Source: an uncultured Aeromonadaceae bacterium (lineage in GTDB: Bacteria > Pseudomonadota > Gammaproteobacteria > Enterobacterales > Aeromonadaceae). From it: a stretch of DNA of 64,000 nt. The notes beneath the pieces were generated by a model. That model was not told the DNA's origin. It saw only the letters and a program-made list of their open reading frames with translations, and ran no database searches. Positions within the stretch are counted from its first letter, which is position 1, and each line of letters opens with the position of its first letter. Shown here piece by piece: positions 31,602-41,210 of this stretch. The translations under genes and the position numbers were made by a program. The stretch is from the NCBI GenBank assembly GCA_945957385.1, contig CAMFKP010000002.1:50458-114457 (forward strand). The letters are read 5' to 3'.

Positions 31602-32255
31602 GTGGAAATCTACAACACCGAAGAACAACAAGCAGAAGCGATTAAAGCGTGGTGGAAGGATAACGGTAAGGCGATAGTGCTTGGCGCTGTGCTCGGTCTG
31701 GGTGGCATGTTTGGATGGCGGGCCTGGAACGAGCATCAGCATGCTCAACTTGAGGCTGGCGCGGTGGCTTATGCTGGCATCGTTAAATCTCTGGCCGAGC
31801 AGCACGATAAAGCGTTCCCGCAGGCTGAAGCGTTTATCAAACAACATGCTGGCTCCACCTATGGTGATATGGCTGCCATGCAATTGGCTGCTGCCGCGGT
31901 CAAGTCCGGTCATTTAGATGTGGCTGCAGCGCAACTGCAGCTGGTTGTCGACAATAGCAAAAATGACGCGTTGAAGCCGTTGGCTGCCGTTCGTCTGGCG
32001 CGCGTACTCGGCGAACAGGGCAAGGTGCCTGATGCACTGAAGCTGCTTGAGTCGGTAAAGGACAAGGCGTATGCCACCATGGTGGCAGAAGCGCGTGGCG
32101 ACCTTTATCTGCAACAGGGTGATCGCGCCAAGGCCTATGCCGCTTATCAAGATGCTGCCGATAAAGCAGAAGGGGCGGTCAATCCTGAATTGCAGATGAA
32201 GCTGGACGAATTGACTCCACTGCCTGCTGCTACTGAAGAGAAAACTAATGCATAA
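31602..32255 (+). CDS. yfgM: YfgM ancillary SecYEG translocon subunit (TPR)
   Basis: MEIYNTEEQQAEAIKAWWKDNG, single TM, RLARV, RGDLY motifs. Confidence 0.92.
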   Translation: MEIYNTEEQQAEAIKAWWKDNGKAIVLGAVLGLGGMFGWRAWNEHQHAQLEAGAVAYAGIVKSLAEQHDKAFPQAEAFIKQHAGSTYGDMAAMQLAAAAVKSGHLDVAAAQLQLVVDNSKNDALKPLAAVRLARVLGEQGKVPDALKLLESVKDKAYATMVAEARGDLYLQQGDRAKAYAAYQDAADKAEGAVNPELQMKLDELTPLPAATEEKTNA

Positions 32256-33432
32256 CTGGTTCAAAAAACTGGGAGGCATTCTGGTTACCGGTCTGGTTCT
32301 ACAGGGGTGTTCCCTGTTTAACTCGGAAGAGGACGTCGTCAAGATGGCGCCGGTGCCGGAAGTGGATTCCCAGTTCAAACCCGAGAAACTCTGGTCCCAC
32401 TCCGTCGGGGATGGCGTCGGTAAGTTCTACTCCCAACTGAGTCCAGTTGTCGCTGGCGATCTGGTGTATGCCGCATCTCGGGATGGCGTTGTTTCGGCAT
32501 TTGACAAGATGACCGGCGAGCGCAAATGGAAGATCGATCTTTCTGATGAGCCGGAAAATAGTGACAAACGTAGCCCCCGCTTATCGGGCGGGCTGACCGC
32601 GTATTACGGCAAGCTCTTCCTCGGTTCGGAAAACGGTTATGTCTACGCACTGGATCAGGAAACCGGCAATCTGCTGTGGCGCCATGAGGTTCCCGGTGAA
32701 GTGCTCGCGGCACCGGTGGCCGAGGCAGGAAAGGTCGTGATAGTTACGACCTCCGGGAAAATGGTCGCTCTGGAGGTCGAACATGGTGAGCAAGTCTGGT
32801 CGACGGGTGATGATCAACCCCGGTTAACGCTGCGTGGCCAGTCAACCCCGGTGATTTCATCCGGTGGGGTCATTTATGGCCGTGCGGATGGGCGTGTCGG
32901 TGTGGTGTTGCTCGACAGTGGCTTGTTGGCTAACGTTTCGCGCGTCGCGTCACCGCGTGGTGCAACCGAACTCGAGCGGATGGTCGACGTCGATGCCCAG
33001 CCAGTTGTCGTTGGCGATGAGCTGTTTGCGGTGGCATATAACGGCCAGTTAGTCGCCCGTAAGCTGATCAGCGGTGAAGAGTTGTGGAAGCGTAAATACA
33101 GCGCCTATCAAAATGTTGGCGTTGGGGCGAGCGATCTGGTGTTGACCGATTCACGTAGCCATATCTATGGCATCGATCGTCGCAATGGCAGCGAGGAGTG
33201 GTCCAATACCCAGCTTTCCTACCGTAACGTCACCGCACCCGTGGTGTTCGGTAACTATATCGTGGTCGGGGATGGCGAAGGCTATCTCTACTGGCTCGAT
33301 GGTTCAAGTGGGCGCATTCTGTCGATGCAGAAACTGGATAGCGATGGCTTGTATGTCGCGCCGGTGGCCGATGGAGATGTTATCTACGTCCAAACACGCA
33401 GCGGAGACCTGGTCGCCCTGAAGCGCCCATAA
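32248..33432 (+). CDS. bamB: Outer membrane protein assembly factor BamB
   Basis: Lipobox LQGC, PQQ-like beta-propeller repeats, LRGQSTPV, RMVDVD. Confidence 0.95.
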   Translation: MHNWFKKLGGILVTGLVLQGCSLFNSEEDVVKMAPVPEVDSQFKPEKLWSHSVGDGVGKFYSQLSPVVAGDLVYAASRDGVVSAFDKMTGERKWKIDLSDEPENSDKRSPRLSGGLTAYYGKLFLGSENGYVYALDQETGNLLWRHEVPGEVLAAPVAEAGKVVIVTTSGKMVALEVEHGEQVWSTGDDQPRLTLRGQSTPVISSGGVIYGRADGRVGVVLLDSGLLANVSRVASPRGATELERMVDVDAQPVVVGDELFAVAYNGQLVARKLISGEELWKRKYSAYQNVGVGASDLVLTDSRSHIYGIDRRNGSEEWSNTQLSYRNVTAPVVFGNYIVVGDGEGYLYWLDGSSGRILSMQKLDSDGLYVAPVADGDVIYVQTRSGDLVALKRP

Positions 33433-33454
33433 GTCGCAGTCTGCTGATTAATCT

Positions 33455-33483
33455 GGCTCCTGGTCGATGACCAGGAGCCTTTG
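33455..33483 (+). terminator. Hairpin between bamB and der
   Basis: GGCTCCTGGTC-gat-GACCAGGAGCC-TTTG. Confidence 0.6.
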
Positions 33484-33506
33484 TCGTTTAAAAATCGAGG
33501 TCTTTT

Positions 33507-34994
33507 ATGACTCCAGTTGTAGCCCTGGTGGGACGTCCGAATGTCGGCAAATCCACCCTGTTCAATCGTCTGACGCGCAGCCGTGACGCGCTGGTCGCTG
33601 ACTTCCCGGGGCTGACCCGGGATCGCAAATACGGTCAGGCTAAAGTGGGCGAGATGGAATTCATCGCCGTAGATACCGGTGGTATCGATGGCTCCGAAGA
33701 GGGAATTGAGCTGAAGATGGCCGAGCAATCTTTGCTGGCCATTGAAGAGGCGGATGTTGTCCTGTTTCTGGTTGATGCACGCGCTGGCGTCACCCCGGGA
33801 GATATCGTCATCGCTAACCACTTGCGCCGTCAGCAGAAGAAAGTGTTCCTGGTGGCCAACAAGACCGACGGCATCGATGCTGATTCGGTCGTGGGTGACT
33901 TCTATGAGCTGGGCTTGGGCGATATTTATCAGATCGCTGCCGCCCATGGCCGTGGGGTGCACAGTCTGCTGGAGCAGGCGTTGACGCCGTATCTGGAAGT
34001 TCTGCAACAACAGGCCGATGGTGAAGACGCCGACAGTGACGAGTGGGACGACGAGTGGGATGAACTCGACGAACTCGAACCGGAAGAGGAAGAGGGTGAC
34101 GACGTATCGCAGCCATTTGCCGACTTGCCGATCAAGTTTGCCATCGTCGGTCGTCCGAATGTCGGTAAATCCACCCTGACTAACCGGATGCTGGGCGAAG
34201 ACCGCGTCATCGTTTTTGATATGCCGGGTACGACACGGGACTCCATCTACATCCCGATGGAGCGCGATGAACAGCAGTACGTGATCATCGACACCGCTGG
34301 GGTGCGCAAGAAGAAAAAAGTCTACGAGGCGGTCGAGAAGTTCTCTGTGGTCAAGACACTGCAGGCGATCGAGGATGCCAACGTCGTCATTCTGGTGATT
34401 GATGCTCGGGACGGCATTTCGGATCAGGATCTGAGTCTGCTTGGTTTCACGCTGCACTCCGGCCGCTCCATCGTCATCGCAGTCAATAAATGGGATGGCC
34501 TGGATCAGGATGTCAAAGAGCAGATCAAACTCGATCTCGAGCGTCGTCTCGGCTTTGTCGACTTTGCTCGGATTCACTTTATCTCTGCATTGCATGGCAC
34601 GGGTGTGGGTCACCTGTTCGAATCCATTCAAGAGGCTTACCAGTCGGCGACGCGTCGGGTTAGCACGTCGCTGCTGACGCGCATCATGCAGATGGCGCAG
34701 GATGATCACCAGCCGCCGTTGGTGCGTGGCCGTCGGGTCAAGCTCAAGTACGCCCATGCCGGGGGATACAACCCGCCGCGTATCATCATCCACGGTAACC
34801 AGGTCAAGGATCTGCCGGATTCCTATAAGCGTTACCTGATGAACTACTATCGCAAGTCGTTGAAGATCATGGGCACGCCGATCCACATTGACTTCCAGGA
34901 AGGGGAAAACCCGTTCGAAGGCAAGAAGAACAAGCTGACCCAGAGCCAGATCCGCAAGCGTCGCCGTTTGATGAAACACGTCAAGAAGGGCTAA
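33507..34994 (+). CDS. der: Ribosome biogenesis GTPase Der (EngA)
   Basis: Two [10 protein letters not shown]-loops, DTGG/DTAG, NKTD/NKWD, acidic linker, KH-like C-terminus. Confidence 0.98.
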   Translation: MTPVVALVGRPNVGKSTLFNRLTRSRDALVADFPGLTRDRKYGQAKVGEMEFIAVDTGGIDGSEEGIELKMAEQSLLAIEEADVVLFLVDARAGVTPGDIVIANHLRRQQKKVFLVANKTDGIDADSVVGDFYELGLGDIYQIAAAHGRGVHSLLEQALTPYLEVLQQQADGEDADSDEWDDEWDELDELEPEEEEGDDVSQPFADLPIKFAIVGRPNVGKSTLTNRMLGEDRVIVFDMPGTTRDSIYIPMERDEQQYVIIDTAGVRKKKKVYEAVEKFSVVKTLQAIEDANVVILVIDARDGISDQDLSLLGFTLHSGRSIVIAVNKWDGLDQDVKEQIKLDLERRLGFVDFARIHFISALHGTGVGHLFESIQEAYQSATRRVSTSLLTRIMQMAQDDHQPPLVRGRRVKLKYAHAGGYNPPRIIIHGNQVKDLPDSYKRYLMNYYRKSLKIMGTPIHIDFQEGENPFEGKKNKLTQSQIRKRRRLMKHVKKG

Positions 34995-35022
34995 GGGCGC
35001 CTGGACATTCAAGGAGTAGCAC

Positions 35023-35253
35023 ATGGCTTATCAGATTATCTGTCCCGAATGCGGTCAAGAGGGACTGGATCCACGTCGCAGCCAGACCGACTGTTCGGCC
35101 TGTCATAAGACATTCGTGCTGACGCCGCACTGCCCGCAGTGTGATGCCGAGCTCGAACGAGTGCAGGCCTGTGGGGCTGTGGATTTTTTCTGTAACCACT
35201 GCAATAACCTGGTGTCCAAGCGCGCCGCCCGCTACGACATCCGGCCGGCGTAA
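35023..35253 (+). CDS. yfgJ: Zinc-ribbon protein (YfgJ family)
   Basis: CPEC, CSAC, CPQC, ACGAVDFFCNHC...LVSK; AAGGAG RBS; follows der. Confidence 0.85.
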   Translation: MAYQIICPECGQEGLDPRRSQTDCSACHKTFVLTPHCPQCDAELERVQACGAVDFFCNHCNNLVSKRAARYDIRPA

Positions 35254-35275
35254 TCCCCGACGAGGCTAAAACGAC

Positions 35276-35305
35276 AAAAGGAGCCATCGGCTCCTTTTTC
35301 TTTTT
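35276..35305. terminator. Bidirectional terminator after yfgJ
   Basis: AAAAGGAGCC-atc-GGCTCCTTTT-TCTTTTT. Confidence 0.85.
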
Positions 35306-35388
35306 GCTGGTTTTTGTGTTGCTTTGGCTGGTTTCCGCCAGTGAGCAATCCGCCTTGCCTGCCGTGCCCGCGTTGCCGCTGGCAAGCG

Positions 35389-35526
35389 TTATCCCTGGTT
35401 GATGACGCTGAACAAGACATGCCGGCGGCGACGAACTTTGCGCTTGTTGAGCGACAGTGGACTGCGGTGGTTTGGCCACCGGCTGGCGGCGCGTTTGCGC
35501 AATGCCAATTTTCTTTTTCTTAACAT
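35389..35526 (-). CDS. Small highly basic protein (45 aa), function unknown
   Basis: MLRKRKLALRKRAASRWPNHRSPLSLNKRKVRRRRHVLFSVINQG; AGGAG 7 nt upstream of the ATG; 16 Arg/Lys and no acidic residues; bidirectional terminator downstream. Confidence 0.6.
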   Translation of the reverse strand: MLRKRKLALRKRAASRWPNHRSPLSLNKRKVRRRRHVLFSVINQG

Positions 35527-35743
35527 GGTCTTTCTCCTGCCAATACAGCCTGGCTGGCTAGTGACAACGCTACCATAACCGATCCGACCAGACAACTTCC
35601 TGCCCTTTCGAGCAAGAATGCGGCTCAAGATGGAATTTTAGGTACTTTTTGACGCCATCCCATCGGCTGCGGTGCGGAGTTTGACTATAAAAACTGCGCT
35701 TGCCTGCCACCGATGCCGCTGCGGCCGCCGCGGGATCCGAGCG

Positions 35744-35795
35744 ACTAAAACGTTTGTCTTTTGCGGTCGACATCACATCGGCAGCTTCCTATAAT
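35744..35795 (+). promoter_or_regulatory. purL promoter with PurR-like box
   Basis: ACTAAAACGTTTGTCT (35744-35759; core AAACGTTTG) followed by TCGACA-17-TATAAT (35767-35795) and a GC-rich discriminator. Confidence 0.75.
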
Positions 35796-35841
35796 ACGCG
35801 CACTTCCACATCCCCCCCTTAACTTGGTGAGAATTGGTAAC

Positions 35842-38800
35842 ATGGAAATCTTACGAGGTGCCCCCGCTTTATCCGGCTTTCGTGTCAGTAAACTGTTGCG
35901 GAGCTTTGAAGAGATGGGGCTACCCATCAGGGACCTGTATGCCGAGTTCGTTCACTTCGCCGACTTGTCGGCCGAGCTGGATGACGCGGCGCGAGCGACA
36001 CTGGGCAAGCTGTTGACGTACGGCCCCACCATCGCAGAACACGCTCCTACTGGTCATCTGTTCCTCGTCACCCCCCGTCCCGGCACCATCTCCCCCTGGT
36101 CTTCCAAAGCAACTGACATCGCCCACAACTGTGGTCTGAACCAGATCCTGCGTCTGGAACGCGGTATTGCTTACTATGTGATTGCCGATGCGCTGGATGC
36201 CGAACAACGCCGCCAGGTCGCGGCGCTGCTGCATGACCGCATGATGGAGTGCGTGTTTGATTCGCTGCCGGCCGCCGCAGCCCTGTTCTCGCACCATGAG
36301 CCGGCGCCACATACCGTGGTCGACATCCTGACCGGCGGTCGTGCTGCGCTGGAACAGGCCAACATCCAACTGGGGCTGGCGTTGGCGGAAGATGAAATCG
36401 ACTACCTGGTCAGCAGCTTCACCCGTCTGGGGCGCAACCCGAACGACATCGAGCTGTACATGTTCGCCCAGGCGAACTCCGAACACTGCCGTCACAAGAT
36501 CTTCAACGCCGACTGGACCATCGACGGCGTCAAGCAGTCGAAGTCGCTGTTCAAGATGATCAAGAACACCTTCGAGCAGCACAGCGAACACGTGCTCTCG
36601 GCGTATAAGGACAACGCGGCCGTGATGGTCGGCTCCGAAGCCGGACGTTTCTTCCCGAGTCCGGAGACCTTCGAGTACGAATACCATCAGGAGCCGATCG
36701 ACATCCTGATGAAGGTGGAAACCCACAACCACCCGACGGCGATTTCACCGTTCCCGGGCGCAGCCACGGGGTCAGGCGGCGAAATCCGCGACGAAGGTGC
36801 CACCGGTCGGGGCTCCAAGCCGAAGGCCGGTCTGTGCGGCTTCAGTGTCTCCAACCTGCGCATCCCGGGCTATGAGCAGCCGTGGGAAACCGACTTCGGC
36901 AAGCCGGGCCGCATCGTCACCGCCCTCGACATCATGATCGACGGTCCGCTGGGAGCGGCGGCGTTCAACAACGAATTTGGTCGCCCGAATATCCTTGGCT
37001 ACTTCCGTACCTATGAAGAGCGGGTCGCCAGCCACAACGGCAGCGAGATCCGCGGTTACCACAAGCCGATCATGCTGGCCGGTGGTCTGGGTAATATCCG
37101 CCGCGAGCACGTACAAAAAGGGGACATCCCGGTCGGCGCCAAGCTGATTGTGCTGGGGGGCCCGGCGATGAACATCGGCCTGGGTGGCGGTGCCGCTTCG
37201 TCCATGGCCTCCGGCCAGTCGGCCGAGGATCTGGATTTTGCCTCGGTACAACGTGATAACCCCGAGATGGAGCGCCGTTGTCAGGAGGTGATCGACCGCT
37301 GCTGGCAGATGGGTGAAGACAATCCGATCGTCTTTATTCACGACGTCGGCGCCGGTGGCCTCTCCAATGCGATGCCGGAGCTGGTCAACGATGGTGGTCG
37401 CGGCGGCCGCTTCGAGCTGCGCAAGGTGCCGAATGACGAGCCGGGCATGAGCCCGCTGGAGATCTGGTGTAACGAATCCCAGGAGCGGTATGTCCTGGCG
37501 GTGGCGCCGGATCAGCTGGCCCGCTTTGAAGAGCTGTGCCGCCGTGAGCGTGCCCAATACGCGGTCATCGGTGAGGCGACCGCCGAGCAGCATCTGACGC
37601 TGGCCGACAGCTACTTTGGCAACCAGCCCATCGATCTGCCGCTGGAAGTGTTGCTGGGCAAGCCGCCGAAGATGCACCGCGATGTCAAACGTCAGCAGGC
37701 ACAGGGCGAAGCGCTGCAGCTGGACGGCACCAGCGTCAAGGATGCGGCCGAACGCATCATGCGCCTGCCGACTGTTGCCGAGAAGACCTTCCTGATCACC
37801 ATCGGTGACCGTACTGTGACCGGCCTGGTGGCGCGCGACCAGATGGTCGGCCCGTGGCAGGTTCCGGTCGCCGATTGTGCCGTCACCGCCGCTACTTACG
37901 ACACCTACGCCGGTGAGGCGATGTCGATGGGTGAGCGCACACCGGTGGCGCTGTTGAACTTCGGTGCCTCGGCGCGTCTGGCGGTGGCCGAGTCGCTGAC
38001 CAATATTGCGGCGACGCGCATTGGCGATCTGAGCCGCATCAAGCTCTCCGCCAACTGGATGGCCGCAGCGGGTCACCCGGGTGAAGATGCCGGTCTGTAT
38101 GAAGCGGTCAAGGCGGTCGGTGAAGAGCTGTGTCCAGAGCTGGGACTGACGGTGCCGGTCGGCAAGGACTCGATGTCGATGAAGACCCGCTGGCAGCAGG
38201 ATGGCGAACAGCGCGAGGTGATTGCTCCGTTGTCGCTGATCATCACCGCCTTTGCTCGTGTCGAAGACGTGCGTGGTACTGTCACGCCGCAACTGCGCAC
38301 CGACAAGGGTGAAAGCGATCTGATCCTGATCGACCTGGGCAATGGCAAGAACCGCCTCGGCGCCTCCTGTCTGGCGCAAGTCTACAAGCAGCTCGGTCAG
38401 CAGACGCCGGATGTCGACAATCCGGTGCAGGTGAAGGGTTTCTTCAACGCGATCCAGGCGCTGGTGGCCGATGACAAGCTGCTGGCCTATCACGACCGCT
38501 CCGACGGTGGTCTGTTCGTCACGCTGGCCGAGATGGCGTTCGCCGGCAAGACCGGGATCACGGTCGAGCTGGATCAGATCGGCAGCGACAACCTGGCCGC
38601 GCTGTTCAGCGAAGAGCTGGGGGCGGTGATCCAGGTGCGCCGTGCCGACAAGGAGTCGGTGCTGACCCTGCTGGCCGGTCACGGCCTGGCGGCGTGCACC
38701 TATGTCATCGGCGCGCTCAATGGCGAGGATGTGCTGCGCTTTACCCGCGACGGCAACGAAGTGCTGTGCGAAAGCCGCGTGCACTTCCGCACCCTGTGGG

Positions 38801-39732
38801 CCGAGACCACCCATCACATGCAGGCGCTGCGTGACAATCCGGCCTGTGCCGAGTCCGAGTTCAAGGCCAAGTTTGACGCCGCCGACCCGGGCCTGCATGC
38901 CAAGCTGAGCTTCGATCTGAACCAGGATGTGGCGGCACCGTTTATTGCCAAGGGCGCCCAACCGCGCATCGCCATCCTGCGTGAGCAGGGCGTCAACTCG
39001 CAAAACGAGATGGCGGCGGCGTTTGACCGTGCCGGTTTCAGCTGCATCGACGTGCACATGAGCGACGTACTGAGCGGCCGTGTGCAACTGGCGGACTTCC
39101 AGGGCCTGGCGGCCTGTGGTGGTTTCTCCTACGGCGATGTGCTGGGGGCCGGTGAGGGCTGGGCCAAGTCCATCCTGTTCAACTCGCGGGCGCGTGACGA
39201 ATTTGCCGCCTTCTTCCAGCGCAACGATACCTTCGCCCTCGGCGTCTGTAACGGTTGCCAGATGATGTCGAACCTGCGGGATCTGATCCCGGGGGCCGAG
39301 CTGTGGCCCCGTTTCGTGCGCAACGAATCCGAGCGTTTCGAGGCCCGCTTCAGTCTGGTCGAGGTGCAATCCTCGCCGTCGCTGTTCTTCGCCGGCATGG
39401 CCGGTTCCCGCATGCCGATCGCCGTCTCCCACGGCGAAGGGCGGGTTGAAGTGCGCGATGCGGCCCATCTGGCGGCGATCCAGGGCAGTGATACCGTGGC
39501 GGTGCGCTTCATCGACCACTACGGTGCACAGACCGAGCGCTATCCGTTCAACCCGAATGGCTCGCCGCAAGGCATCACAGGTCTGACGACCCGTGATGGC
39601 CGCGTCACCATCATGATGCCGCACCCGGAGCGCGTGATGCGCACCGTGGCCAACTCCTGGCATCCGGATGAGTGGGGCGAAGCCAGCCCGTGGTTGCGCA
39701 TGTTCCGCAACGCCCGCGTCTGGCTGGGCTAA
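35842..39732 (+). CDS. purL: Phosphoribosylformylglycinamidine synthase (large PurL)
   Basis: [70 protein letters not shown]; ATG at 35842. Confidence 0.98.
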   Translation: MEILRGAPALSGFRVSKLLRSFEEMGLPIRDLYAEFVHFADLSAELDDAARATLGKLLTYGPTIAEHAPTGHLFLVTPRPGTISPWSSKATDIAHNCGLNQILRLERGIAYYVIADALDAEQRRQVAALLHDRMMECVFDSLPAAAALFSHHEPAPHTVVDILTGGRAALEQANIQLGLALAEDEIDYLVSSFTRLGRNPNDIELYMFAQANSEHCRHKIFNADWTIDGVKQSKSLFKMIKNTFEQHSEHVLSAYKDNAAVMVGSEAGRFFPSPETFEYEYHQEPIDILMKVETHNHPTAISPFPGAATGSGGEIRDEGATGRGSKPKAGLCGFSVSNLRIPGYEQPWETDFGKPGRIVTALDIMIDGPLGAAAFNNEFGRPNILGYFRTYEERVASHNGSEIRGYHKPIMLAGGLGNIRREHVQKGDIPVGAKLIVLGGPAMNIGLGGGAASSMASGQSAEDLDFASVQRDNPEMERRCQEVIDRCWQMGEDNPIVFIHDVGAGGLSNAMPELVNDGGRGGRFELRKVPNDEPGMSPLEIWCNESQERYVLAVAPDQLARFEELCRRERAQYAVIGEATAEQHLTLADSYFGNQPIDLPLEVLLGKPPKMHRDVKRQQAQGEALQLDGTSVKDAAERIMRLPTVAEKTFLITIGDRTVTGLVARDQMVGPWQVPVADCAVTAATYDTYAGEAMSMGERTPVALLNFGASARLAVAESLTNIAATRIGDLSRIKLSANWMAAAGHPGEDAGLYEAVKAVGEELCPELGLTVPVGKDSMSMKTRWQQDGEQREVIAPLSLIITAFARVEDVRGTVTPQLRTDKGESDLILIDLGNGKNRLGASCLAQVYKQLGQQTPDVDNPVQVKGFFNAIQALVADDKLLAYHDRSDGGLFVTLAEMAFAGKTGITVELDQIGSDNLAALFSEELGAVIQVRRADKESVLTLLAGHGLAACTYVIGALNGEDVLRFTRDGNEVLCESRVHFRTLWAETTHHMQALRDNPACAESEFKAKFDAADPGLHAKLSFDLNQDVAAPFIAKGAQPRIAILREQGVNSQNEMAAAFDRAGFSCIDVHMSDVLSGRVQLADFQGLAACGGFSYGDVLGAGEGWAKSILFNSRARDEFAAFFQRNDTFALGVCNGCQMMSNLRDLIPGAELWPRFVRNESERFEARFSLVEVQSSPSLFFAGMAGSRMPIAVSHGEGRVEVRDAAHLAAIQGSDTVAVRFIDHYGAQTERYPFNPNGSPQGITGLTTRDGRVTIMMPHPERVMRTVANSWHPDEWGEASPWLRMFRNARVWLG

Positions 39733-39751
39733 GCGCCGCGCCGCCTTGTCG

Positions 39752-39779
39752 AAGCCCCCTCTGCGAGGGGGCTTTTTTT
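39752..39779 (+). terminator. purL terminator
   Basis: AAGCCCCCTC-tgc-GAGGGGGCTT-TTTTT. Confidence 0.9.
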
Positions 39780-39814
39780 ATGCGTTTGTCGCTACGCCCA
39801 CATGGCGTCTGGCG

Positions 39815-39967
39815 GGATTATTAAGTTTCATTTAATAATCCGTGCCGTTGGTTAGCGCTTTTTTCGGGTAATCGTCGGGGCGGTGGCTCCGGCATGCTAT
39901 TACCGCCGGATTATTAAGTTTGATTTAATAATCCCTTCCATCTATTAGTGCTTTTTTAGCGGAATCG
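39815..39967. repeat. Two direct copies (93-bp period) of an approximately 60-bp unit containing a perfect 27-bp palindrome
   Basis: GGATTATTAA-gtttcat-TTAATAATCC (39815-39841) and GGATTATTAA-gtttgat-TTAATAATCC (39908-39934); each is followed at the same offset by TTAGYGCTTTTTT and AATCG. Confidence 0.9.
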
Positions 39968-40035
39968 GCGCGGCCGCGCTGAACGGAGGTGCGGCGCCGT
40001 CCGCGGCGAGGGGCCGCGCAACGGCTGGGCTGGGG

Positions 40036-40533
40036 TTATTGACTCAGGCGGCGGGTCTGACTGTAGGTCTTGCGCCAGTAGGGATTGTCGAGGCTGGAGA
40101 TGATCACCCCCTTGCTGGTGGAGGCGTGCAGAAACTGCCCCTGCTGCAGGTAGATGCCGACATGGCGGCTGAAGCGACCGGTATTGAAGAACAGCAGGTC
40201 ACCAGGTTGCCGCTGTCCGCTGCGCACGGCGACGCCAATCCGTGCCTGGCCGTCGGTATCCCGTGGCAGTTGCAGGCCAAACTGCTGGCGAAACGTAATC
40301 TGCACGAAGGCCGAACAGTCGACCCCGTAGCGGCTGGTGCCGCCGGTGCGGTACGGCACGCCGCGCCACTGGCCATATTGATCGAGCAGCGCGGCACGGA
40401 CCGCTGCCGGTGAACCGAGCCGACTGCTGATTTCCGGCTCTCGCTGGCCGGATGGCGTCTGGCACCCGGCGAGCCATAGCAGCAGGAGACAGGGTAACAG
40501 GCGCTTGATCCAGTACATGGTTATCGCATCCAT
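40036..40533 (-). CDS. NlpC/P60 family cell-wall endopeptidase lipoprotein (MepS/NlpC-like)
   Basis: Lipobox LAGC; WRGVPYRTGG, DCSAFV, GDLLFF, HVGIY, FLHAS catalytic motifs; the start may be ATG 40518. Confidence 0.92.
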   Translation of the reverse strand: MDAITMYWIKRLLPCLLLLWLAGCQTPSGQREPEISSRLGSPAAVRAALLDQYGQWRGVPYRTGGTSRYGVDCSAFVQITFRQQFGLQLPRDTDGQARIGVAVRSGQRQPGDLLFFNTGRFSRHVGIYLQQGQFLHASTSKGVIISSLDNPYWRKTYSQTRRLSQ

Positions 40534-40583
40534 TCGTTAGCGGGCGGTCACAGGCTGCCGCAACCCCCCGGCGCTGGCAAGTC

Positions 40584-41129
40584 TCAGGGTGTGGTTTTGA
40601 GGCGTAACAGACCGGGATGCAGCTCGAAACCGGTGACATGCGCCTTGAGCCAGGCCTGCTGTTTATCTTTGGGATTCAGGCGGTAGGCCGGCTGGCTGGC
40701 GAGACGTTGTTGCAAACTCCGGGTCAGATAGCCCATCAGCGGTGCAAATTGCTGTTGTAGCTCGGCCGGTTGCAACTGGTAATCCTGCAGCGTGAAGTTG
40801 TCCAGATAGATGGCGCCTTGCCGGGTATCGTAGCGCGGGCGGGCCTGAAAATTGGCTTTCAAGGTGCCATTGATCGCCGGTTTGTTCGGCAGTGCCAGCG
40901 TAAAGTCGCCGAGACTCTGCACATTGGCCAGTTGGGGTTGCTGGCGAGCCAGCGAGACCTGCAGACTCTTGGTGCGAATATCCGCTTCGAACAGGCCCGG
41001 TACGCCAAATTGCTGGGCGTATCTCACCTTGCTGTTAACATATTGTGTCAACTGTTGTTCACTGATATCGACATTGCCTTGCGGCGAGACCGTCAGGGCC
41101 AGAGCAAGAAACAGGCTGCTTATCATCAT
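40584..41129 (-). CDS. DUF1439 (YceB-like) exported protein
   Basis: ISEQQLTQYV, P.YD..QGAIYL, PAYRL motifs typical of DUF1439; signal peptide without a lipobox Cys. Confidence 0.75.
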   Translation of the reverse strand: MMISSLFLALALTVSPQGNVDISEQQLTQYVNSKVRYAQQFGVPGLFEADIRTKSLQVSLARQQPQLANVQSLGDFTLALPNKPAINGTLKANFQARPRYDTRQGAIYLDNFTLQDYQLQPAELQQQFAPLMGYLTRSLQQRLASQPAYRLNPKDKQQAWLKAHVTGFELHPGLLRLKTTP

Positions 41130-41210
41130 GATGTGTCCACGGCGAAGAATGGCCGCATGATAGCACTGGTGAGTGCGGATGGCAGCGCGGTTGCGCTTGC
41201 AGGAGGTTGC

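Noticed and set aside
33531-34172. Direct DNA repeat GG(A/T)CGTCCGAATGTCGG(C/T)AAATCCACCCTG about 620 bp apart
   Set aside because: It encodes the two P-loops of the tandem GTPase domains of Der, so the protein explains it.
33384-35024. 546-aa minus-strand ORF over der
   Set aside because: In-register antisense shadow of der; the same applies to the 387-aa ORF at 62310-63473 over rfbH.
35314-35523. 69-aa Cys-rich plus-strand ORF after yfgJ
   Set aside because: It begins just after a strong terminator, has no RBS, and overlaps the better-supported minus-strand basic microprotein.
36772-39663. 963-aa minus-strand ORF inside purL
   Set aside because: It is exactly in register antisense to purL, arises from avoidance of TTA/CTA/TCA codons, and has no recognisable motifs.
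39815-39934. Twin palindromes read as a CRISPR mini-array
   Set aside because: Only two repeats, the sequences after them are similar to each other rather than unique spacers, and there are no cas genes in the window; kept as an unexplained repeat instead.
40770-41210. N-terminal 147-aa extension of cls in the ORF track
   Set aside because: It overlaps the opposite-strand DUF1439 gene; AGGAGG-ATG at 41211 gives a normal-length ClsA.
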